Of a DNA stretch of 28,075 bases, positions 1 to 7,325 are shown piece by piece. The translations under genes were made by a program, and so were the position numbers. The DNA is taken from positions 1 to 28,075 of IMG/VR virus record IMGVR_UViG_3300049183_000008. One strand, given 5' to 3'. Under the pieces are notes generated by a model. The model searched no databases, had not been told where the DNA came from, and saw nothing but the letters and a program-made list of their open reading frames with translations. The DNA comes from a virus (taxonomy: Duplodnaviria; Caudoviricetes). Each line of letters begins with the position of its first letter. Position 1 is the stretch's first letter.

Positions 1-95
1 GTCACCCCGTTGCCAACCCCACATCCGCACGCTCAGAACGGGGACTTGATCGCCGCGCGGCTGATCACCGGCGCGCACCGACGGGAGGCTCACCG

Positions 96-776
96 ATGGC
101 CGGTAGACCGCCTAAGCCCGTCGAACAGAAGGCACTGACCGGACGTTCTCCGGGCCGGGACTCGGGTGGTCGCCTGTTGCCGGAGACAGTGGTCGAGCTG
201 CCGTCTGCGAGCGGTGTGCCGGAGCCGCCGCCGGACTTGGTCACGTCGACGAGGGCACACCTGTGCTCGTTCCGAACGGTACCCGCCGATAGCGATGATG
301 GCGAGGGCTTGACCGGTCCGGACGCGGCGCGGTGGCGCCCTCCTCCGCCGGAGCGGTGCGCGATTTGCGAGGCGGACATCGCGGTTGCGGTGTGGCGGGA
401 GATGTGGACCCAGGGTGCCGGGTGGCTGTCGGTGCAGCGCGACCGCCGGATTTTGGAGCGGCTGTGCAAGGGCTACGTCGAGGAGGCCCACCTGCGGTCC
501 GCGCTCGACGAGGACGGCCCGTTCGTCAAGGGCCAGCGGGGCGGTCTGGTGGCGCACCCGGCGGTGTCGATGTTGCGGGTGCTGGAGCAGCAGTTGACGA
601 AGTGGGAGGGGCTCTGTGGTTTCAACCCCTCCGACGGCGGCCGGCTCGGCGTCAAGGTCGCCAAGCAGAAGGGGACCTCAACGCTCGAGGACCTCATCCG
701 TAAGCGGGCGGAGTCCCGACAGCGTCGTCCTGCCCAGCGTGCTACCCGAGCGGCGAGGACTCAGGGCAGCGCTTGA
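96..776 (+). CDS. terS: Phage terminase small subunit, P27 family
   Basis: N-term MAGRPPKP..K.L.G, C-term G..GGLVAHPAV...L...GFNPS...RL typical of P27 TerS; GGGAGG RBS at 83-88; directly upstream of TerL. Confidence 0.88.
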   Translation: MAGRPPKPVEQKALTGRSPGRDSGGRLLPETVVELPSASGVPEPPPDLVTSTRAHLCSFRTVPADSDDGEGLTGPDAARWRPPPPERCAICEADIAVAVWREMWTQGAGWLSVQRDRRILERLCKGYVEEAHLRSALDEDGPFVKGQRGGLVAHPAVSMLRVLEQQLTKWEGLCGFNPSDGGRLGVKVAKQKGTSTLEDLIRKRAESRQRRPAQRATRAARTQGSA

Positions 777-2346
777 CATCGGGGACGGCATCCGTCTCCC
801 GAAGGGGTCTCCGTCACGGTTCCCGAAGCAATTGCCGCGGGGGCCGGAGTTGTGGGTGCCGGAGCAGACGTTGTGGACCGAGGACAACACCGACGGGCTG
901 TTCACCTGCGACCTGATCCAGGCGTATCTGCGGTTGACAAAGGGCCCGCAGGCAGGACAGTTGGTGACCCTGCGGATGTGGCAGGGCGACCTGGTCTGCG
1001 ACATGCTCCGCTTGGACGCCGACGGCGAGCGGGCGTACTGGACCTACCTGGTTCTGCTGAGCCGGAAGAACTCGAAGTCGCTGATGGGCGGCGGCCTCGC
1101 GATCGACGGCTTGCTCGACGAACCCGGCGCCGAGGTCTACTCCTGCGCCGCCGACAAGGACCAAGCCAAAATCATCTTCGCCGAGGTCCGTAAGGCGGTC
1201 GAAGCGAGCCCGGATCTGGACGCGAAGCAGGGCGGCCTGTTCAAGGTCTACCGGGATGTCATCGAGTACCCGGCGACGAGCAGTATCTACAAGGCGCTGT
1301 CGGCGGAGGCGTTCACCAAGGAAGGATTGAACCCGTCACGGGTTCTGTTCGACGAGCTGCACGCCCAGCCGAACTGGGAACTGTGGAACGTCATGAACCA
1401 GGGCTCGGACACCCGGTCCAATCCGCTGATCGTGGGGATCTCCACGTTCGGGGTGATGACTGACTCGACCGGTGCGACGTCGGTGTGCAAGGCCCAGCAT
1501 GAGTACGTCGAGAAGCTCATCTCGGGGGAGATCCAAGATCCGCATTTCGGCGCGCGGGTGTACGCGACGAACCCTCGTCGGAGGGGTTTCGACTACCGCG
1601 ATCCGCGCGGTTGGGGGGACGCCAATCCCGCCCTCGGAGACTTCCTGTTCCTGGACAAGATGCAGGCGGCCTGCCGGAAAATGCCGGAGGCGGACTTCAA
1701 GACGAAGCGCCTGAACATCTGGGTGCAGTCGGCAACCCCGTGGCTACCTGACGGTGCGTGGGAGAACTGCAAGGACAAGTCCCGCACGATCGTCGACCAC
1801 TCGCGGGTGGTGTTGTCGTTCGACGGTTCACGGACCGGGGACTGCACCGGGATCACGGTCACGTCGATTGAGGATCGCCCGCAGATCAACGTAGTGGACC
1901 TGTGGGAGAAGCCGTTCGGCGAACTCGGATGGAGGGTGCCTCGGGCCGAGGTAAAGGACGCTCTGCGCGAAGCTTGCCGGCGGTGGGAAGTCGTCGAGAT
2001 CGCATGGGACGAGTACCTGTGGCTTGACGCCGCCGAGGAGCTCGAGGAAGAGGGGCTCCCGATCGTGGTATTCCCGCAGACGATCCAGCGCATGGGACCC
2101 GCCACGCAGCGGTTCTACGAGTTGGTCGTGGATCGGGGGATCTCACACGACGGTGACCCGCGGCTGGCCCGGCACATCGCGAATGCAGTGTTGAAGCGAG
2201 ACGCCCGTGGCGCGCGAATCACAAAGCCCAAGCCGGACAGCCCACTGAAGATCGACCTGGGGGTGTGCGCCGTGATGGGCGTGGATCGTGCGGCTTTCAA
2301 TCTCCGGCTAGCACCACCGGCCCAGTTCTTTGGCGCCTGGCGATAG
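739..2346 (+). CDS. terL: Phage terminase large subunit
   Basis: LRMWQ adenine-binding motif, Walker A variant SRKNSKS, Walker B VLFDELH, nuclease acidic motifs LSFDGSRTGD and KIDLGV; frame open from 616, start uncertain (GTG 739 chosen). Confidence 0.93.
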   Translation: MLPERRGLRAALDIGDGIRLPKGSPSRFPKQLPRGPELWVPEQTLWTEDNTDGLFTCDLIQAYLRLTKGPQAGQLVTLRMWQGDLVCDMLRLDADGERAYWTYLVLLSRKNSKSLMGGGLAIDGLLDEPGAEVYSCAADKDQAKIIFAEVRKAVEASPDLDAKQGGLFKVYRDVIEYPATSSIYKALSAEAFTKEGLNPSRVLFDELHAQPNWELWNVMNQGSDTRSNPLIVGISTFGVMTDSTGATSVCKAQHEYVEKLISGEIQDPHFGARVYATNPRRRGFDYRDPRGWGDANPALGDFLFLDKMQAACRKMPEADFKTKRLNIWVQSATPWLPDGAWENCKDKSRTIVDHSRVVLSFDGSRTGDCTGITVTSIEDRPQINVVDLWEKPFGELGWRVPRAEVKDALREACRRWEVVEIAWDEYLWLDAAEELEEEGLPIVVFPQTIQRMGPATQRFYELVVDRGISHDGDPRLARHIANAVLKRDARGARITKPKPDSPLKIDLGVCAVMGVDRAAFNLRLAPPAQFFGAWR

Positions 2347-2359
2347 GGAGTAGGTAGAC

Positions 2360-2599
2360 GTGGTCACCCTGAGAGTCAGCATCCGGAAGCCGTCGAGCAT
2401 GCTGCTAGCCAACCTGCTCGGCGTCGTGGCGCTACTGGGGTTGGCAACCGCCATCGGTGGGCTCACGCACAACGCGTGGTGGTCGGTGCTGGTCGGCTCG
2501 GTCGAGGGCCTGGTGCTGGCCGTTGCGTGGACGCTGCGGATTGACGTCGAGGAAGAGGTCGAGCGGACCGCAGGTACGGCTCTGACGAGGGCCGCGTAG
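2360..2599 (+). CDS. Small two-TM membrane protein between terL and portal
   Basis: GTG start after GGGAG; two hydrophobic segments; fills gap exactly. Confidence 0.7.
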   Translation: MVTLRVSIRKPSSMLLANLLGVVALLGLATAIGGLTHNAWWSVLVGSVEGLVLAVAWTLRIDVEEEVERTAGTALTRAA

Positions 2600-2603
2600 G
2601 TCG

Positions 2604-4142
2604 ATGCGCTCGTGGTTGGTGCCGCGACGGCGCAGCGACGTCAGCCGGACACGCTCGGCATCCACCAATGGCGATGAGTCGCGCTTCGGTATCGACCAGT
2701 GGATCACTGACTACCTGATTCCGAGCCACCAGCAGTACGGCTGGGGGCAACTCGGGCTCACGCAGACGTACGCGGATCAGCGAATCCAGGACATCGCCAC
2801 AACGCTGCCGGCGTACCTGGCCGCCATGAGGGCGTGCCCTCCTGCATTCGGGGCGCAGTTGGTGCGAGCGATGGTGCTGTCGCAGGCCCGGTTCACGCTG
2901 CGCAACCCGCCTTGGCACCCGAAAACTCCGCGGCGCACGTTCGGCACGACCGCACTCGGCCTCCTGGAGAAGCCTTGGCCAAACGCGACCACCGGAGAAC
3001 TGTTGTCGCGAATGGAGTGGCACGCCGGACTCGCCGGCAATGCTTATGTGGTCCGTCGGCCGAACAGACTGCGGGTGTTACGACCGGACTGGGTTGGGGT
3101 TATCTACGGGTCCGAACTGGAGCCCGATGACGCGGCCCACGCGCTCGACGGGGAGATCATCGGCTACGCTTACTGCAACGGCGGATTCTCGGCAAACCGC
3201 AATAAGATACACACACTTTTGCCGTCTGAAGTGGCGCACTGGTCACCGATTCCAGACCCTGAGTCGGCGGGCGTCGGGATGTCTTGGCTGACTCCAGCGA
3301 TTCGTGATATGCAGGCCGATAAGACGGCGACTGAACACAAGCTGAAGTTCTTCACCAACGGCGCAACCCCGAACATGGTCGTGAAGGGCATCCCGGCCGT
3401 TAGCAAAGAGCAGTTCGACGAATTCGTCGATATGATGGAGGAGCGGCACGCAGGAGTCCGCAATGCCTACCGCACCCTGTATTTGACGGCGGGGGCGGAC
3501 GCCACGGTGGTGGGCTCCGACCTGAAGCAGATCGATTTCAAGGCTACGCAGGGTGCCGGCGAGACTCGGCTTAGCGTACTGTCTCGCGTCCCCGCTTCAC
3601 TGCTGGGAATCTCCGAAGGCCTAGCCGGCTCATCGCTCAATGCGGGGAACTTTGGCTCTGCTCGCCGCACATTCTCCGACACGTGGGTGCATCCATCCCT
3701 CCAGGATGTCTCTGCCGCGCTCGCAACCCTGGTCAACGTCCCGAACGATGCCGAACTGTGGTTTGACACCAGTGACATCCCGATCCTCCGTGAGGACGCG
3801 AAGGATGCGGCGGAGATCGAGCAGACGAAGTCCGACACGATCACGCGATATGTGCGTGAGGGGTTCACGTGGGACTCCGCCGTAGCGGCGGTACAAGGAC
3901 AGAACATCGGGCTACTCAGACACTCCGGTCTGATCTCGGTGCAGCTGCAGAAGCCGGGCTCGAACGAACAGAGTGGGGCGGTCCGAAACCTCGTCGACAT
4001 CGTTCAGAAGGTCTATCAGGGCGTCGGCGTTGTTCTGTCGGCCGAGGAGGCCCGCGAACTTTTGAATCAGGCCGGCGCGAATCTGACCGGCCCCGCCCCG
4101 GAACTTCCCACCCCAACTCCGGCACCCGCCATTCAGGAGTGA
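2604..4142 (+). CDS. Phage portal protein (HK97-like)
   Basis: LLEKPWPN, LAGNAYV, LRPDWV, EVAH, GMSWL..A, KFFTNGATP motifs of HK97-family portals; position after terL. Confidence 0.93.
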   Translation: MRSWLVPRRRSDVSRTRSASTNGDESRFGIDQWITDYLIPSHQQYGWGQLGLTQTYADQRIQDIATTLPAYLAAMRACPPAFGAQLVRAMVLSQARFTLRNPPWHPKTPRRTFGTTALGLLEKPWPNATTGELLSRMEWHAGLAGNAYVVRRPNRLRVLRPDWVGVIYGSELEPDDAAHALDGEIIGYAYCNGGFSANRNKIHTLLPSEVAHWSPIPDPESAGVGMSWLTPAIRDMQADKTATEHKLKFFTNGATPNMVVKGIPAVSKEQFDEFVDMMEERHAGVRNAYRTLYLTAGADATVVGSDLKQIDFKATQGAGETRLSVLSRVPASLLGISEGLAGSSLNAGNFGSARRTFSDTWVHPSLQDVSAALATLVNVPNDAELWFDTSDIPILREDAKDAAEIEQTKSDTITRYVREGFTWDSAVAAVQGQNIGLLRHSGLISVQLQKPGSNEQSGAVRNLVDIVQKVYQGVGVVLSAEEARELLNQAGANLTGPAPELPTPTPAPAIQE

Positions 4143-4147
4143 GGACC

Positions 4148-4936
4148 ATGCAGACACCCGCGATCGATGTTGTGCGCGTCGCGCCGCCGATGGCTGAGCT
4201 CCGTGCCGCTGACGTGGACGGCGAAGACGAACCGGCTGGCATGCCGACAATGGTGGTGCGCTTCTCCACGTTCAACACGTGGTACGAGGTCGACTCGTGG
4301 TTCGAGGGAGCCTTCGTCGAGCGCACCGTCCCCGGTGCTTTCAAGCAGACGATCCGCGAGAACCTCAGCAGTATCAAAGTGCTGTACGACCACGGCTTCG
4401 ACTACCAGATCGGCAACAAGATCCTCGGACCGATCGAGTCGCTCCGCGAAGATGCCGATTCCCCGGTCGGCGAGGTCCCCCTCTTCGACACCGCGTACAA
4501 CCGGGAGTTGCTCCCCGGCTTGGAGGCCGGCGTCTACGGCAGTTCGTTCCGGTTCCGCATCACGAAAGAAGAGTGGGACGACGAGCCCAAGCCGTCGGAC
4601 TACAACCCGAAGGCCTTGCCTGAGCGCACGATCAAGCAGGTTCGACTGTTCGAGTTCGGCCCGGTGACGTTCCCCGCGAACCCGGACTCGACCGCTGGCT
4701 TGCGCAGTCTTACCGACAATTACTACGAGCGACTCCGGCAGCGCGACACGCGGGCGTATGAAGCCGCGGTTCGCGCGGCGGGCCGCATCCCCACAGACCT
4801 CACCGGGCGACCTGGCGCGTGGAGCGCGGGTGGCGGTGACACCGACCCGACGCCGCAAGGGACTGGGTCGACCTCATCCACCTTCGACGACCCGAGCATC
4901 CGTACCGGGGTGCTCCGCGCACTAGGAGTTATCTGA
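4148..4936 (+). CDS. HK97-family prohead protease
   Basis: VLYDHG (His), GSSFRF (Ser), LFEFGPVTFPANP; ATG 4148 with GGAGTGAGG RBS (track ORF 3869 is over-extended). Confidence 0.92.
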   Translation: MQTPAIDVVRVAPPMAELRAADVDGEDEPAGMPTMVVRFSTFNTWYEVDSWFEGAFVERTVPGAFKQTIRENLSSIKVLYDHGFDYQIGNKILGPIESLREDADSPVGEVPLFDTAYNRELLPGLEAGVYGSSFRFRITKEEWDDEPKPSDYNPKALPERTIKQVRLFEFGPVTFPANPDSTAGLRSLTDNYYERLRQRDTRAYEAAVRAAGRIPTDLTGRPGAWSAGGGDTDPTPQGTGSTSSTFDDPSIRTGVLRALGVI

Positions 4937-4937
4937 C

Positions 4938-6413
4938 ATGCCTGAGATCGACAGCGAGCGGCGGACCTACACCGCCGAGGATCTGAAGGGGCGCACGCCC
5001 GACGAGATCCGCGACATCATCGATGTCACCAAGGCCCACATCCGGGATCTGCACCAGGGCGAGAACGGTGAACTGCGGGAGCTGACCGACCCGGAGAAGA
5101 CCGCGCTCAAGGTGCTGATCGACGTGCACGAGCGCGCCGAGGCCATGTACGAGGAGCACCGCAAGATCAACGATGTGCTGCGCCGGAAGCCCACCGCGAT
5201 CGAGTACTCGCGCCTGGGTGCTGAGCCCGACGACCCGTTCGCCGACTTGCGCCGGCTCACCCCGAAGGAGATCCGGGACCGGGCGCTGCGCCGGCTCGAT
5301 TCCCGTGAGGACGCCTCGCATCTGTCGGACGACGCGAAGGCGTTGGTGGACAAGACGATCCGTCGCAACACGGACGTGGCGCGCCGCATCCTGGTCACCG
5401 AGACCGAGGAGTACCGCAACGCCTACATGAAACTGATGACCCAGCCGGACGCGGCGGCGTTCCTCACCAATGAGGAGCGTGACGCGGTCCGGACGTTCAT
5501 CGAGTACCGCGCGATGTCGGAGAACACCACCACTGCCGGCGGGTTCGGAATTCCGGTGTTCATCGACCCCAGCATCATCCTCACCGCGCAGGAGTCGGGG
5601 AACCCGTTCCTGGAGATCGCACGGCAGGTCGACGTGAACACCAACCAATGGAAGGGTGTGTCGTCCGCTGGTGTGACGTGGGCGTTCCAAACGGAGGCAG
5701 CCACAGCCACGGACAATTCGCCGACCCTGGCGCAGCCGACCGTGCTGACTCACATGGCCCGCGGCACGATCCCGTTCTCGATCGAGGTCGGGCAGGATTA
5801 CCCCCAGTTCGCAACCGAAATGTCCACGCTGCTCGCCGAGGGCTACGACGAACTGCTCGTGCAGAAGTTCACGATCGGCTCCGGCACTGGTGAGCCGAAG
5901 GGCATCCTGACCGCCCTGTCGGCGAATACCAACGTCCGGGTGCGGGTGCAGACCGCAGGTTCGAACTTCGGCCCGCTTGACCCGTACGCGGCATGGAAGG
6001 CCCTTCCGAAGAAGTTCCGTCGGGCCCGTGCGGCGTGGCTCATGTCGGTCGGCGTGAACAACGCCATCCGCCAGCTGGGCACCGCCAACGTGTACCACGC
6101 CACCACGATCAGCCTCCCGGAGGAGTGGCTGGACGAGATGTTCAACCGGCGCGTCTACGAGTCGCCGTACATGCCCGATGTCACCACGTCCACCACGAAC
6201 ACCGACGGGCTGGCGATTGTCGGGGACTTCCAGAACTTCGTGATCGCCCGCCGTGGTGGCATGTCGACGGAGTTCATCCCGAACCTGGTGCAGCAGGTGA
6301 CCGCCGGGTCCGGCCCGGCCCTCCCGACTGGGCAGCGCGCGTGGTTCGCCTACGCCCGCATTGGCAGCAACAGCGTGAACGACCTGGCCTTCAGGGTTCT
6401 CGTCAACACGTGA
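4938..6413 (+). CDS. Major capsid protein, HK97 fold with N-terminal delta/scaffold domain
   Basis: Charged helical N-term ~195 aa, then AMS..TTAGGFGIP, GSGTGEPKGIL, AWLMS, IVGDFQNFVIARRGG; AGGAG RBS. Confidence 0.95.
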   Translation: MPEIDSERRTYTAEDLKGRTPDEIRDIIDVTKAHIRDLHQGENGELRELTDPEKTALKVLIDVHERAEAMYEEHRKINDVLRRKPTAIEYSRLGAEPDDPFADLRRLTPKEIRDRALRRLDSREDASHLSDDAKALVDKTIRRNTDVARRILVTETEEYRNAYMKLMTQPDAAAFLTNEERDAVRTFIEYRAMSENTTTAGGFGIPVFIDPSIILTAQESGNPFLEIARQVDVNTNQWKGVSSAGVTWAFQTEAATATDNSPTLAQPTVLTHMARGTIPFSIEVGQDYPQFATEMSTLLAEGYDELLVQKFTIGSGTGEPKGILTALSANTNVRVRVQTAGSNFGPLDPYAAWKALPKKFRRARAAWLMSVGVNNAIRQLGTANVYHATTISLPEEWLDEMFNRRVYESPYMPDVTTSTTNTDGLAIVGDFQNFVIARRGGMSTEFIPNLVQQVTAGSGPALPTGQRAWFAYARIGSNSVNDLAFRVLVNT

Positions 6414-6419
6414 CCTATC

Positions 6420-6458
6420 CCGTGAGCCGTGCGGCAAATGGTGCCGCACGGCTCACGG
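6420..6458 (+). terminator. Perfect 17-bp hairpin after capsid gene (terminator/mRNA stabiliser)
   Basis: CCGTGAGCCGTGCGGCA-AATGG-TGCCGCACGGCTCACGG starting 7 nt after the MCP stop; no U-tract. Confidence 0.7.
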
Positions 6459-6514
6459 CGGAAATTGATCCAATGAAAACCTCTGACGTCCCATTCCTGC
6501 GACGAGGAGAAGCA

Positions 6515-6724
6515 ATGCCCGAACAGAAGCCCGCCGCGAAGGCCGCCGAGCCGAAGGCGGCACCTGCCCCGGCGAAGCCGGACCTGATCCCGGCTGGCTC
6601 GGCAACCGACCCAGCGGTGCATCAGTTGCTCGCGGAGTTGGAGACGGCTCGAGCCAACGGTGCCGACGACGACGTTCAGGATCTAATCGGCTATCTGGCT
6701 GACCTGGGTTACAGCGCTGGCTGA
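6515..6724 (+). CDS. Small head-associated hypothetical protein (69 aa, Ala/Pro/Lys-rich N-term)
   Basis: GAGGAG RBS, ATG 6515 (MPEQKPAAKAAEPK...), follows MCP. Confidence 0.75.
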   Translation: MPEQKPAAKAAEPKAAPAPAKPDLIPAGSATDPAVHQLLAELETARANGADDDVQDLIGYLADLGYSAG

Positions 6725-6747
6725 AGCTCGCAGACCACCCGACAACT

Positions 6748-6783
6748 CGAGGCCCCAGGGATCTGATTGCCCAGGGGGTTTCG
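6748..6783 (+). terminator. Imperfect GC hairpin, possible terminator/processing site
   Basis: CGAGGCCCC-A-GGG...CCC-AG-GGGGTTTCG intergenic stem with G-U pairs. Confidence 0.45.
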
Positions 6784-6804
6784 CCATGCAAGGAGTTCAT
6801 CGAC

Positions 6805-6975
6805 ATGGCTGTAACGGTTACTAGGGACGACGGCACCGTGGTTGAGTACGAAAACGGCAACAACTTCGAGATCGACCGTGAAAGCCATGGTCATCTGATT
6901 GTCTTGGGGGAAGTCGGTTCGCTGGCCATCTACGCCCCCGGACGCTGGTGCTGCGCCGAGGTTGAGACCTCATGA
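6805..6975 (+). CDS. Hypothetical 56-aa beta-rich protein (absent from ORF track)
   Basis: AAGGAG RBS at 6790-6795; MAVTVTRDDGTVVEYENGNNFEIDRESHGHLIVLGEVGSLAIYAPGRWCCAEVETS; ATGA overlap with next gene. Confidence 0.75.
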   Translation: MAVTVTRDDGTVVEYENGNNFEIDRESHGHLIVLGEVGSLAIYAPGRWCCAEVETS

Positions 6976-7232
6976 TTGAGCACGTCTTCGCAGCGGCTGA
7001 CTTTCCAGCCGAGACCCCTGCCGGTGCACGGGTGATGGTGCGGAAGGGCTCACACTGGCCGGCGGATGACCCGCTGGTGCGGAAGTACCCGGCGAACTTC
7101 TCAACGGACCCGCGGTTCGGGTTGCAGTACACCCGTGAACCGACCGGGTGGGACGAGCCCCCGGTGGAGCAGGCCACGGCTGCGCCCGGCGAGCGCCGAC
7201 AGGTTCGGCGCCGCGATCACGGCACGGACTGA
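6972..7232 (+). CDS. Small actinophage virion-associated protein with VEQATAAPGERR motif
   Basis: WPADDPLVRKYP..F and C-terminal VEQATAAPGE.R motif, recalled from small post-capsid genes of actinophages. Confidence 0.75.
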   Translation: MIEHVFAAADFPAETPAGARVMVRKGSHWPADDPLVRKYPANFSTDPRFGLQYTREPTGWDEPPVEQATAAPGERRQVRRRDHGTD

Positions 7233-7235
7233 TCT

Positions 7236-7320
7236 CCTGCGGCCGGCCGCATTGTCGGATGGTCGGCTGGCCGCAGGGCTTTCTCACCATCCGACGAACC
7301 ATCCGACATATCTTAAGGAG
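7236..7320 (+). promoter_or_regulatory. Structured RNA leader (hairpin plus loop-complementary tandem repeat) before glycosyltransferase RBS
   Basis: 14-bp stem 7236-7249/7264-7277; loop GTCGGATGGT complementary to ACCATCCGAC at 7286-7295 and 7298-7307; TAAGGAG RBS 7314-7320. Confidence 0.6.
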
Positions 7321-7325
7321 ATTCG

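Noticed and set aside
1-95. Possible cos/packaging site upstream of terS
   Set aside because: Position is plausible for P27/HNH-type phages but no recognisable motif; needs upstream sequence or virion end mapping
4929-6449. Long antisense ORFs (506 aa here; also 14079-15338, 15398-16537, 22105-23358)
   Set aside because: Shadow ORFs of high-GC3 sense genes; no motifs or RBS
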